The notes under the pieces: generated by a model
Told to the model about the DNA's origin: nothing
Seen by the model: only the letters and a program-made list of their open reading frames with translations
Databases searched by the model: none
Source of the DNA: Thermodesulfovibrionales bacterium
GTDB lineage: Bacteria > Nitrospirota > Thermodesulfovibrionia > Thermodesulfovibrionales > UBA6898
Length of the DNA: 64,000 nucleotides
Direction of reading: 5' to 3'
NCBI GenBank assembly: GCA_044450345.1
Contig: JBIOIY010000001.1
Location: forward strand, 160,001-224,000
Shown here: positions 29,207 to 39,003 of the stretch, one piece after another
Position numbering within the stretch: position 1 is the first letter of the stretch
Layout of the letters: the number at the start of each line of letters is the position of its first letter
Translations under genes and position numbers: made by a program

Positions 29207-31057
29207 ATGATCGATAGACGGGATTTCTTGAAGTTTGCGGCCGTCGCTCCTTTGCTCCTGTCAGCAGGCTGCGGCAGGAATAATAACACGCACGGAGTTC
29301 GCATGAATAAACGCCTTATTATCCTGGGTATCGACGGCATGGACCCGGACCTGGTCAATCTTTTCATGAAGGACGGCTCGCTCCCGAATATCGCAGGCCT
29401 TGCCGCCAGGGGAACAATGTCGCGTTTCCCTACAATCGTCCCGCCCCAGAGCCCCTCGGTCTGGACCACGCTGTCAAGCGGAGTATATCCGGAGCGGCAC
29501 GGGGTCTTTGATTTCATTCAGCGAAAGGCCGGCAGCTATCTTCCGTACCTGAGCATCAACAGCATGAATCAAAAAAGCGGCAAGTTCGAAAACCCGAACC
29601 GTGCCGTGCCATTCTGGAGAGTCACATCGAAGGCGGGCATTCCCACTTCCGTGTACCGGTGGCCTGCTTCCTTTCCCCCTGAAGAGATCAACGGCGAAAT
29701 GCTCTCCGGTCTCGGCACGCCGGATGTCAAGGGGTTCCTTGGCGTCTATACTTACTATACCGACGAGGACTTGCCGGTCCCTTCCGATGCCAGAAAAAAC
29801 GTCCGGCGAATCACATTCTCCGGGGATAAGGCAACGACCGTTTTGGAGGGCCCCCTTGCGGAAAGAAACAAGGCCTTTGAAAAGGAACTTATTATTCAGA
29901 AGACCGTCGACGGCGTTTCGATCGGCATCGATGGGAACACACTGCGGCTGAAAGCGGACGAGTGGTCTTCACTGCTGACCGTATCGTTCAGGAAGGGGCT
30001 CCTCGGCGGCCTCTCCGGAGTCTGCAAGTTCCACCTGATGAGCGTAAATCCTTTCCGTCTTTATGCGACGCCCGTGCAGCTCGATCCCTCGAATCCGATT
30101 GTGCCGTTTACTCATCCGAAGGGCCTGTCGTCCTCAATCGCAAAGGCAATAGGCCCGTTCCAGACGCTCGGCATGCCTGAGGACACGTCCGCTCTCAACA
30201 AAAAACATTTGGACATGGGAGGCTTCAACTCTCTTTGCGCTTCCATCGACAAAGAACGCGAGGCGATGTTCAGGGAGGCTTTGAAGCGCTTCCGCGGCGG
30301 CGTGCTAGCCTTTGTCTTTGACACCTCCGACCGTCTGCAGCATATCCATTTCCGGAAAGGCGGCCCGAATACTGAAATCAGGCAACACTACGCGAAGATG
30401 GACCGGCTGATCGGCGAAGTCGTAAAAATGCTTTCGCCTGAAGACAGCCTCATTATCCTGTCAGACCACGGTATCACGAGCTATGATTACGACTTTCACC
30501 TCAACACCTTTTTAGTGCAGAAGGGATTTATGCATCTCACATCAGAGCCCGGAGAAACGAATAAGGGTGAACTCTTCAGCCTGGTGGATTGGACGAGGAC
30601 AAAGGCCTATGCGCTCGGATTTTCCGGCATATACATAAATATGCAGGGAAGGGAACCGCACGGGACTGTAGCGCGTTCCGAGAAGGAAAAAGTCGCGGCC
30701 GAACTCAGGGACGCCCTCCTCGGTTTTGCGCCCGCCGGATTCAGGAAGCCCGTAATCGCTGTTTACCCCACATCAGTCAAAGACGATCCCCTTGCTCCGG
30801 ACCTCATTATAGGCATGAACGAGGGGTTCAGGGTTTCATCCAACACGGCAATAGGGGGCGTATCGAAAGATGTGTTAACGCCAAACAACCTCCCGTGGTG
30901 CGCGGACCACATCGTCGACAGATCACTCGTGGACGGCCTTCTCATTACAAACAGGAGGGTAACAAAGGCGCCTCTCATGGTCGATCTCGCCCCGACCGTA
31001 ACGTCCTTCTTCGGCGTATCACCGGACCCATCCTGGGAAGGCAAAACTTTTTTCTAA
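29207..31057 (+). CDS. alkaline-phosphatase-superfamily (nucleotide pyrophosphatase/phosphodiesterase-like) Tat lipoprotein
   Basis: DRRDFLK Tat motif, LSAGC lipobox, LGIDGMD, PPQSPSVW, DRLQH, LSDHG. Confidence 0.88.
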   Translation: MIDRRDFLKFAAVAPLLLSAGCGRNNNTHGVRMNKRLIILGIDGMDPDLVNLFMKDGSLPNIAGLAARGTMSRFPTIVPPQSPSVWTTLSSGVYPERHGVFDFIQRKAGSYLPYLSINSMNQKSGKFENPNRAVPFWRVTSKAGIPTSVYRWPASFPPEEINGEMLSGLGTPDVKGFLGVYTYYTDEDLPVPSDARKNVRRITFSGDKATTVLEGPLAERNKAFEKELIIQKTVDGVSIGIDGNTLRLKADEWSSLLTVSFRKGLLGGLSGVCKFHLMSVNPFRLYATPVQLDPSNPIVPFTHPKGLSSSIAKAIGPFQTLGMPEDTSALNKKHLDMGGFNSLCASIDKEREAMFREALKRFRGGVLAFVFDTSDRLQHIHFRKGGPNTEIRQHYAKMDRLIGEVVKMLSPEDSLIILSDHGITSYDYDFHLNTFLVQKGFMHLTSEPGETNKGELFSLVDWTRTKAYALGFSGIYINMQGREPHGTVARSEKEKVAAELRDALLGFAPAGFRKPVIAVYPTSVKDDPLAPDLIIGMNEGFRVSSNTAIGGVSKDVLTPNNLPWCADHIVDRSLVDGLLITNRRVTKAPLMVDLAPTVTSFFGVSPDPSWEGKTFF

Positions 31058-31124
31058 GCCTTCAGCTCCTCGATCGGCGACACCTTCTCTCCTCGCCAAA
31101 GTTCCCCTCATATCAATCCCTCTC

Positions 31125-32603
31125 TTACAGCGCTTTGTCTTCCCCGATACGCTGAAGCTTCAGCAAATTTGTCTTCCCGGAGCCAAGAAGCGGGGCGCTC
31201 GCGGTAATCACAACCCTCTCCCCCTTTTTCACCAGGTCTTCTTCGATAAGCAACCTCTCGACTTCCCTTATCATTTTGTCAGTGCCGGTGGGAGGAGGCA
31301 TCAATTTCGGCTGTACTCCCCAGTAGAGGCACATTCTGTTCAGGGTGCGGGCCGCCGGAGTAAAGGCGATTATTGGGACCCGCGGTCTGAATTTCGAGAC
31401 CAGTCTTGCGGTAAATCCCGAGTCCGTACAGGCAACGACAAAGCGTGCACGGATGTCTTCGGCCGCCCTGCAGGCTGCATCCGCAATCGCACCTGAGAAC
31501 AGTGCATTCTCGAACGTTGCCGCCGTCTCCGGTATAGCGCCGGATGAAGCAGACCGGACCTCTGGAAAGCCGAATGCGGAAGATTGGGCGGGCGACTCTC
31601 TCTCCGTGTACTTGATTATCTTGCTCATCATCACCAGGGCCTCTACAGGATATTTGCCGGAGGCAGTTTCGGCCGATAGCATCAGGGCATCAGAGCCGTC
31701 AATGACCGCATTAGCCACGTCAGTGGCCTCTGCCCTTGTCGGGCTGCTATGTTCTGTCATGGATTCAAGCATCTGTGTCGCCGTGATAACGAGCTTCCCT
31801 CTTCTATTTGAAAGCGAGATCAACTTCTTCTGTATAAGAGGGATTTCCTCTGCAGGCAGGTCAAGACCGAGGTCACCCCTTGCGATCATGATGCCGTCCA
31901 CCTTATCGAGGATTTCTTCTATATTGGCGAGGGCCTCGGCCCTTTCAATCTTTGCTATAAGAGGGATCCGTTTTTTCCTTTTTCTGAACCAGTGTTCGAC
32001 ACGCTCGATGTCTTCGGCGGACCTCACAAAGGAGAGGGCTACATAATCCACATTCATGGCAAGTCCAAAGTCGAGGTCGGTAGAATCCTTTTTAGTAAAG
32101 GAAGGAGCCTCTGTGCTGCACGGCAGATTAACGCCCTTCCTGTCTTTCAGGACCCCGCTTTCCACAACTGCCGTTTTCAGCGAATCCCCGCTCTTTGACC
32201 TCACCTCGAGCTGGATCAGCCCGTCGTCAAGAGAAATCATGTCGCCCTTTCGGGCGTTTTTTACAAAGTCGCCGCAGTTTATATAGATTTTTGTACGGTC
32301 TCCTATACCCTTGCCGGGCATAAGGGTGACCTTGCTTCCCTTCTCAAGAAATACTGACCCTCCCGTTACCATGCCTGTCCTTATCTTAATCCCCTGGAGG
32401 TCCTGCAGTATCGCAACCGGTCTCTTATATTGGGCCGAGCCGTCCCTGACCAATCCGATTGCCTTCCTGTGGCCTGCGTGGTCGCCGTGAGAAAAATTCA
32501 GCCGCGCCACATCCATGCCTTTTCTTATGAGAGAAAAGAGGACGGAGGGACCAACAGATGCGGGTCCCAGCGTGCAGATTATTTTTGCCTTTCTTTCAGC
32601 CAT
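31125..32603 (-). CDS. pyk: pyruvate kinase
   Basis: KIICTLGPAS, ARLNFSHG, DLQGIKIR, IAKIE, MIARGDLG, ATQMLESM, PTRAEATDVANA. Confidence 0.97.
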   Translation of the reverse strand: MAERKAKIICTLGPASVGPSVLFSLIRKGMDVARLNFSHGDHAGHRKAIGLVRDGSAQYKRPVAILQDLQGIKIRTGMVTGGSVFLEKGSKVTLMPGKGIGDRTKIYINCGDFVKNARKGDMISLDDGLIQLEVRSKSGDSLKTAVVESGVLKDRKGVNLPCSTEAPSFTKKDSTDLDFGLAMNVDYVALSFVRSAEDIERVEHWFRKRKKRIPLIAKIERAEALANIEEILDKVDGIMIARGDLGLDLPAEEIPLIQKKLISLSNRRGKLVITATQMLESMTEHSSPTRAEATDVANAVIDGSDALMLSAETASGKYPVEALVMMSKIIKYTERESPAQSSAFGFPEVRSASSGAIPETAATFENALFSGAIADAACRAAEDIRARFVVACTDSGFTARLVSKFRPRVPIIAFTPAARTLNRMCLYWGVQPKLMPPPTGTDKMIREVERLLIEEDLVKKGERVVITASAPLLGSGKTNLLKLQRIGEDKAL

Positions 32604-32699
32604 AGCAAAGTACCTTATCCATTGATTAGTTTAGCTGATTTCCTTCTGATCTATCCATCCTTCGCCGCCCGAAGGCGGGTTTCATCACAGCAGATAATT

Positions 32700-33524
32700 T
32701 TATCTCTCATTCCGCACTTGACGTTTCTCAATGTATTCACTGCCCAGCTCTAAGACCTCGATTTTTTTGCTTCGGGTAAATTTTTTTAAATGATACTCAA
32801 GACTTCTCGCTTCTCCGGCATTTTTGCATTGTATGGTTTTAATCAGCTCAAAGGGCCTCCATGATCTTACGAATTTGCTGCCCCTTCCCCGCTCATGTTC
32901 TTTAAGGCGTCTCTCAAGATCATTTGTCACACCTATATAAAAATAATTATTGCTGCATTTAAGCACGTAGACGCACCAGCTTTCATTGTGCGCTTTATCC
33001 GCAAAGTCTTTTGCCGCGTCCGCGAACTCATCTGTCCAGAGCCTTAACGCTTTTCTCACTTCCTTGTCTACAAATGAAAAAATACGGTGAGCGCTGTCGT
33101 TGAGGCGGTTCCGGGAATGACCTTTCACCTTGATGACCTCAAAACCTAATTCGTCGTAGAACGCGTAAAATGCGCGATAGAGAGTCGAGTTCCTTAAGGG
33201 TCTTGACCTCTTAGAAAGGAAGTCGCCGGCAAGCAGGCCGCGTCTTCTTTTCAAGAGACCTGAAACGCACTGGGAATCCGAATATAGATATAGTTTCCCG
33301 GGTCCGGGAATCTTTGGTCCGTTTCGATACTCTTCCAGGGCCCATAAGACTGTTTGGACTTCGAGTTTTGTCGAAGAAGTGTCTACAAATCTTCGCACCT
33401 TTACCCGGCCGGTTAATTCGGATTTTTCAATAAGTAATGAAGCGGGAACCACAAGATATGCGCCCACACCGAGCTTACGCCCTGGATTCAGACTCACATC
33501 GCTAAAGAGAGCTATATCGTTCAT
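32700..33524 (-). CDS. RNase H-like domain fused to GIY-YIG nuclease
   Basis: LFSDVS, STKLE, YSDSQ, KVKGHS, FVD (RNase HI pattern); VYVLKC..FYIGVTNDLERRLKEH..G.GSKF (GIY-YIG). Confidence 0.85.
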   Translation of the reverse strand: MNDIALFSDVSLNPGRKLGVGAYLVVPASLLIEKSELTGRVKVRRFVDTSSTKLEVQTVLWALEEYRNGPKIPGPGKLYLYSDSQCVSGLLKRRRGLLAGDFLSKRSRPLRNSTLYRAFYAFYDELGFEVIKVKGHSRNRLNDSAHRIFSFVDKEVRKALRLWTDEFADAAKDFADKAHNESWCVYVLKCSNNYFYIGVTNDLERRLKEHERGRGSKFVRSWRPFELIKTIQCKNAGEARSLEYHLKKFTRSKKIEVLELGSEYIEKRQVRNER

Positions 33525-33575
33525 AAATCGGTTTACTATTTTACACCCAGTGACTTACAGAAGGGGATAGAATTC

Positions 33576-33761
33576 ATGACCGTCATATCCCCCGGCGACC
33601 CGAAGATCACCAGGGGATATTCTAAGGGTGACAGGGCCGTCCTTTATGTTGAGGGCGTTCTTGAAGGGGAAAAGCAGTATGGAACAGTGGAGTTTGCAAG
33701 GGAGGGAAAGACTTGGTATATAGAAAAAGAAAACTGGAGCAATACACCTCCTAAAAAATAA
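33576..33761 (+). pseudogene. probable 3' fragment of a hypothetical gene
   Basis: Protein-like 61-aa tail; frame stays open upstream of the ATG into the neighbouring gene start. Confidence 0.35.
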
Positions 33762-33880
33762 CGTGCTGCCTGTAGCGGACCGTCCACGGCCTCTAAGGGA
33801 TAAGGCCTTTTTATGGCAGCCGTTGACACGAACATTTCTATCGGGTATATTCCCTTTATCCTTTCGACTTGGAGGCATTA

Positions 33881-34351
33881 ATGAAACGTGCAACAGTTTT
33901 CGTCATATTCATCATCTTGGCTTTCTCCGGGGCAGCTTTCGCGCTAGGCAAACCCGACTTCTCCGGCACATGGACCCTGGACATGGCCAAAAGCGATATG
34001 GGGCAGGCTCGCCCTAGTTCTATGGCAGCGAAAGTTACCATAGTGATCAAACAGACCCCTGCTGTCCTTACCACCACACGCAAGGTAGGCGAACACTCCG
34101 ATACTGCCATCGAAAAGCTTGATGGCAGCGAGAGTATCAACAAGTCCCCAAGCGGGCAAGACATCAAGAGCACCAATCGATGGGAGGGCTCGACCCTTAT
34201 CACAAAGAGCGTAATGTCGACGGGACAAGGGACCGTAGAGTCGACCTTTGTCAGGACCCTCAGTACAGACGGCAAGGTGATGACGATAGACACGACCATG
34301 AAGACACCTAACGGCATCAATAAGAAGAGGCTAATCTACAATAAGCAGTAG
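33881..34351 (+). CDS. exported hypothetical protein (PDFSGTWTLD, lipocalin-like)
   Basis: GGAGG RBS, signal peptide ending AFA, beta-strand-rich body. Confidence 0.8.
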   Translation: MKRATVFVIFIILAFSGAAFALGKPDFSGTWTLDMAKSDMGQARPSSMAAKVTIVIKQTPAVLTTTRKVGEHSDTAIEKLDGSESINKSPSGQDIKSTNRWEGSTLITKSVMSTGQGTVESTFVRTLSTDGKVMTIDTTMKTPNGINKKRLIYNKQ

Positions 34352-34534
34352 CGGGAGCGCCGTGCGGCGGAGCCGGACATTTGCTTCGTTGGGGGCGCTA
34401 AAGAGACTCTTGTCCTGACACAGAAGGGGAAGCCTTGTCTTTAACGGACATGCCGTAATATCATTGTTTCCTGTTGATCTTTCTTCTGCCGAATCGTATG
34501 ATATTTTTGAATATGTGGAAATGGGACAGGTATT

Positions 34535-35068
34535 ATGGCGGGTAAAAGACGACACAAGAGAGTTATTAAGCGTCTTGATACTAGGTTTTCCGCGGAGGGT
34601 TCAAGCTTCCATGGCACGTCCAGCAACCTCTCCGAGAGCGGCCTCTTTCTAAGAACAATAAAACCCCTGCCTCCTGACACTCAGGTCGATGTGAGCATTC
34701 AACTGTCTGATACTATGGTCTCAAAACTGAAGGGCACGGTCCGCTGGGTCATAAAGTCTGCGCACAGTACCGGGAAGTCGGGGATGGGGATCGAGATCAG
34801 TGAGAATGATCGCCATTATGTCAATTTCCTCAACACTTTTTTACCCCCCGAGGAACGGATACGTTATACAGAACACAAAAAGGCTGTGCCGGCGCCTCCT
34901 GCTGCAAAGATCGAACACGCTGCCCGGCGGGGGAGCGGACCTGTTCCCCGTCCGAAAAGCCCACCCGCAGCCGCCCGGAAGAGTGACCACGAAACAGAAG
35001 ACAACGAGATCGATTCATTGATCTCCTCGCTATTTTCGAAACGCGAGAAAAAACAGGGTGAGCAGTAG
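34535..35068 (+). CDS. PilZ-domain protein
   Basis: RRHKR and NLSESG c-di-GMP-binding motifs, GTVRW, GMGIE. Confidence 0.85.
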   Translation: MAGKRRHKRVIKRLDTRFSAEGSSFHGTSSNLSESGLFLRTIKPLPPDTQVDVSIQLSDTMVSKLKGTVRWVIKSAHSTGKSGMGIEISENDRHYVNFLNTFLPPEERIRYTEHKKAVPAPPAAKIEHAARRGSGPVPRPKSPPAAARKSDHETEDNEIDSLISSLFSKREKKQGEQ

Positions 35069-35092
35069 GGGCACGTTGCAACGTTCCCCTAC
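35065..35092. repeat. GTAG-type REP palindrome
   Basis: GTAGGGGCACGTTGCAACGTTCCCCTAC; near-identical copy at 55804. Confidence 0.85.
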
Positions 35093-35244
35093 CAGACAAA
35101 GATGCAATACATAAAGACATACACCGTCACAGATAATTGACACGAACGATCATCTATCTATGAGGGGCCCTTACCCTGCACTTTTAGAAACAAGGGGAAG
35201 TAAAGAGAAAATGCAAACAGGATTATTCTAAACCAGGGGAAGCT

Positions 35245-36327
35245 ATGGAAGCGGCAACAGCAGGTGTAACTCCGGGTTTTGTTCTTTCAGGACTGATCGT
35301 TGGAGTAGTCTTCGGTTTTATACTCCAGCGAGGACAGTTTTGCATGAACTCTGCCTTCAGAGACACGATTTTTATGAAGGATTTTACCATGCTCCGGGCC
35401 TATTTGATCGCCCTTGTAATTATGGTCGTCGGTGCAAATATCCTTGAAGACATGGGAACGATTATTCTCAAAAGGCAGACATTTTACCCTCTTGCCAACG
35501 TCATCGGAGGGTATATTTTCGGCCTGGGGATGGTCCTGGCGGAGGGATGCGGAAGCGGCATAATCTACAGGACAGGAGAAGGCCTGCTTTCTGCATGGGT
35601 TGCGGTCTTCTGTTTTGCTGTAAGCATAGGAGCAACAACAGACGGTATTCTTAACCCCTTTTTGATGTTCTTGAAAAATGAAAATGTAAGTCTTTCTCTG
35701 TCAGGCAAACCGAATGCCGCATTGTGGGAGTTAATTGGAGACGGCCCTGCAATCAAATGGTCTGTAATTACTGTGTTATCGTGTATGCTTTCATTTTTTA
35801 TCCTTCGTGGCAGGCCGTTCACCGTAAGGAAACGGGAGGGCCTTTCCTGGCCGCTCACAGGCGTTCTTGTGGGTGTTATGGGAGTAGTCGCCTTCTGGGC
35901 TTCCGGGTTCTGGGGCGGAGGATTCGCAAGGGGCCTGGGTTTTACAACCCCCACGGGTGAGCTTTTCTTTACGGTGCTCACAGGCAATGCCCAATCGAGA
36001 TTCTTCCCCATGTTCAACCTGGGGCCATTCCGGACGACATGGGCAGTTTTTTATATTATCGGTGTGCCGTTGGGATCATATGTCAGCGCAAAAGCGTTAA
36101 AGAAGTTTAAGTGGAGGGTCCCCGGTGCGAGGCAGCTTGTTACGATCATGGCCGGCGGCAGTATGATGGGTTTTGGAGCTGTTCTTGCGGGTGGATGTAA
36201 TGTAGGACAGGCTCTCACCGGATTCGCCACTCTTTCTGTGGGAAGTATCGTTGCCACAGTTGCGATAATCGCCGGCAACTGGACAATGGTCTATTTCGAA
36301 TTCATAAAACCTGCAAGACTGAAATAA
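35245..36327 (+). CDS. YeeE/YedE family thiosulfate/sulfur-compound transporter
   Basis: LQRGQFCM, GMVLAEGCGSG and GAVLAGGCNVG (three conserved Cys); multi-TM. Confidence 0.9.
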   Translation: MEAATAGVTPGFVLSGLIVGVVFGFILQRGQFCMNSAFRDTIFMKDFTMLRAYLIALVIMVVGANILEDMGTIILKRQTFYPLANVIGGYIFGLGMVLAEGCGSGIIYRTGEGLLSAWVAVFCFAVSIGATTDGILNPFLMFLKNENVSLSLSGKPNAALWELIGDGPAIKWSVITVLSCMLSFFILRGRPFTVRKREGLSWPLTGVLVGVMGVVAFWASGFWGGGFARGLGFTTPTGELFFTVLTGNAQSRFFPMFNLGPFRTTWAVFYIIGVPLGSYVSAKALKKFKWRVPGARQLVTIMAGGSMMGFGAVLAGGCNVGQALTGFATLSVGSIVATVAIIAGNWTMVYFEFIKPARLK

Positions 36328-36477
36328 TCATATCGGGAGATAACGAACTCAACGTATTCCTGCTTCTTCGAAATATCTGAGGAACTGGCCGAGGCAAATC
36401 CGCTCTTCTCGGCGGCCCCTCAATGAACGAGAATAGTATGTCCTGCCTTCTTTCGCAAAAAATATGAATTAGCAGTG

Positions 36478-39003
36478 CTAATAGAGCAGATACTTCGCCC
36501 GCAAACTCATAAACTCTTCAAGCGTATTCCTCCATTGGGGCGCGATCGTCTCAGAAGTCCGGCCGTCCCTGATGGCCTGTAGAACTCCGCGTGACCCGAT
36601 AAGACCCAGCGTCTTATCGATCTGAAAATCGCGGGGGTAACGCGTATAGAGCGCTCCCGCAACCTCAATTCCCATGGCCCCCGCGTCAAGCGCCGTCCTG
36701 TCCGGCAGGGTTATCCGCACCCCGTGACAGACTTTATCCATATAGATGTCACTCTTTGGTACAAAATCAGTAGGCGTGAAATGTACGCCCCTGATATTTC
36801 TGCTGTTCAGGGCCGCTGCGAGTTCTTCAGCATTGATCCACGGGGCGCCGAGAAGTTCGAAGGGCGTATCAGTCCCGCGCCCCACGCTCACGTTGGCGCC
36901 CTCGACCATCGCCACTCCCGGGTAAAGGATGGCCTCAGTGAGGCTGCGCAGGTTTGGGGAAAGACTGATCCACAGAAGGCCGGTCTCGTCGAACCACTCG
37001 GTGCGCGTATACCCCGACATTTTGATAACGTGCAGTTTCACTCCGATCCTGTTTTCCGCGTTGAACATCCCGGCAAGTTCCCCTACCGTCATTCCGTGCC
37101 GCACGGGCAATGGGAAATAACCGGTAAAAGACTTTAACTCTTTGTCCATGACAGGTCCCTGCACCAGGGAGGCGTTAATGGGGTCGGGCCTGTCCAAAAC
37201 ATAAAATGCGATCCCTTTCTTCGCGGCTGCTTCCATCGCATACCCCATAGTCGAGATATACGTATAGAAGCGGACGCCCGCGTCCTGGATGTCGAAGACC
37301 AGTGCATCCAGACCCTTAAGCATTTCCTCCGTCGGTTTTCTCACTTTGCCGTAAAGACTGAATACAGGCAGACCGCTAGCGGGCTCCACAGCAGATGCCA
37401 CCCACGAGTCATCCTTGCCGGACAGGCCGTGTTCAGGACTGAAGACGGCTGTCAGTTTCACGCCGGGCGCGTTGCGGAGCAGGTCGATGGTACTTCGTCC
37501 GGAGGAATCGCGTCCCGTATGGTTCGTGATGAGTCCCACACGCAGGCCTTTGAGGGGCAGAAAATGTTCGGCAGACAGGACATCGATCCCAGTCAGCACT
37601 TTTTCGCGCAAACCCTGCGCCCGGTGTCTCTTTATGCGCTCATAACAGCTTACCAGCGAGGGCCTCCTGTGCAGGACCTGTTCGTCCGAAACCGGCCCGA
37701 GCGCATCGGCAACGGTCTTCTTGATCTGCGCCCGCAATTCCTTTATGTCGCCCTTGCCGTCGGGATATACGCGGTTTGTAAGAACAATTATATAGGTGTC
37801 TGAAACCGGATCAATCCACAACGCGGTCCCTGTATAGCCCAGATGTCCATAAGCGCCCGCAGGGAACAATTCCTCCCGATTAGAGGCAAAAGGTGCTTCC
37901 ACATCCCAACCAAACCCCCGAAGATTCTTTTTGCCCGCAGGAGTCTGTGTCGCCGTCATGGTGTCGACAGTCTCAGGGGTGAGGATCTGCGTATTGCCGT
38001 GTTTCCCTCCGTTAAGGAGCGTTTGTGCAAAAATGGATAGGTCATCGGCTGTTGAAAAAAGCCCGGCATGTCCGGCCACACCGCCCATTTTGTAACACGA
38101 AGGGTCATGCGCCCATCCGCAGGGAGGCCCCTCGATGCAATTCCGGGTGGGGGCAATGCGGTCATGCAGGGAGCCCGACGGTCTGAAGACGGTGTCTTTC
38201 ATTCCCAACGGTTTAAAAATTTTTTCGGCGCAATATTCATCGAGCGGCCGGCCCGAGACACGTCGGACAAGCTCGCCCAGGACTTCAAAATTTATGTCGC
38301 TGTATATAAACCCTGCTCCCGGAGAAAGTTCAGGCCTCTCCGCGATGATTTTTTTCATGGCATCTTTATACCCCGACCACCTCGGTCTGAAACTCAGGTC
38401 AGGGCGCAGCCCGGAGTAATGGGTGAGGAGTTGCCGCACCGTTATATGTGCCTTGCCGTTTTTCCTAAACGCAGGCCAGTAGCGGGCAACAGGGGCCTCG
38501 ATATCCAGCTTTCTTTTTTCCGCCAGCTGCATGATCGCGGTGGTTGTGGCGACGACCTTTGTGACCGAGGCCATATCAAATATGGTGTCCTCCGTCATCG
38601 GCACCTGCTCCGGCTCAAGAGAGCGGAAACCGAAGGCCCGCCGATACACAACTTCCCCATGATTACCGATAAGGACAACTGCTCCAGGTGTCTTGCCGTC
38701 CCTCATGGCCTTTTCAACGATATCGGCTATGGGTGCCAATTGGTCGGCGCGCAACCTTTGAAACGGATAGCGAGCGCATTCCCCGTTGCTTGCTGCGGGG
38801 TTAGCGAGCGAATATGATAAAGAAGATATCCTTGCGTTAAGATACCCTGCGGTCTTGCCGCAGGGTTCTTCACTTGAGTCTGCTTGAGCCTGTGTCGGGG
38901 CTGTGAAAGTAACGACCAGCCCATAGAGAAAGCAGAGCGCTGCCAGAACGGAACACGTCATTTCCAGTGCGGCAATTCCCTTTGTCTCAGATTGTCGGGC
39001 CAT
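36478..39003 (-). CDS. serine hydrolase (beta-lactamase fold) fused to DUF1343/NamZ exo-beta-N-acetylmuramidase domain
   Basis: FDMASVTK (SxxK), LLTHYSG, YSD, GHAGLFS; then LITNHTG, FSPEHG, FDIQDAGVRFYTY, SVGRGT. Confidence 0.88.
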   Translation of the reverse strand: MARQSETKGIAALEMTCSVLAALCFLYGLVVTFTAPTQAQADSSEEPCGKTAGYLNARISSLSYSLANPAASNGECARYPFQRLRADQLAPIADIVEKAMRDGKTPGAVVLIGNHGEVVYRRAFGFRSLEPEQVPMTEDTIFDMASVTKVVATTTAIMQLAEKRKLDIEAPVARYWPAFRKNGKAHITVRQLLTHYSGLRPDLSFRPRWSGYKDAMKKIIAERPELSPGAGFIYSDINFEVLGELVRRVSGRPLDEYCAEKIFKPLGMKDTVFRPSGSLHDRIAPTRNCIEGPPCGWAHDPSCYKMGGVAGHAGLFSTADDLSIFAQTLLNGGKHGNTQILTPETVDTMTATQTPAGKKNLRGFGWDVEAPFASNREELFPAGAYGHLGYTGTALWIDPVSDTYIIVLTNRVYPDGKGDIKELRAQIKKTVADALGPVSDEQVLHRRPSLVSCYERIKRHRAQGLREKVLTGIDVLSAEHFLPLKGLRVGLITNHTGRDSSGRSTIDLLRNAPGVKLTAVFSPEHGLSGKDDSWVASAVEPASGLPVFSLYGKVRKPTEEMLKGLDALVFDIQDAGVRFYTYISTMGYAMEAAAKKGIAFYVLDRPDPINASLVQGPVMDKELKSFTGYFPLPVRHGMTVGELAGMFNAENRIGVKLHVIKMSGYTRTEWFDETGLLWISLSPNLRSLTEAILYPGVAMVEGANVSVGRGTDTPFELLGAPWINAEELAAALNSRNIRGVHFTPTDFVPKSDIYMDKVCHGVRITLPDRTALDAGAMGIEVAGALYTRYPRDFQIDKTLGLIGSRGVLQAIRDGRTSETIAPQWRNTLEEFMSLRAKYLLY
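38765..38872. repeat. two-hairpin palindromic element, copy 1 (inside CDS)
   Basis: TAGCGAGCG-flanked CCCCG..CGGGG hairpin plus CCCTGCGG-tcttg-CCGCAGGG; homologous to 48622-48731. Confidence 0.85.

Noticed and set aside
31500..31600. Extra Ser/Ala-rich segment in pyruvate kinase as another palindrome insertion
   Set aside because: Only weak inverted repeats and no match to other repeats in the window; may be an ordinary variable linker
37700..38700. Beta-lactamase resistance gene
   Set aside because: SxxK fold is shared with esterases and amidases; the NamZ fusion points to cell-wall metabolism
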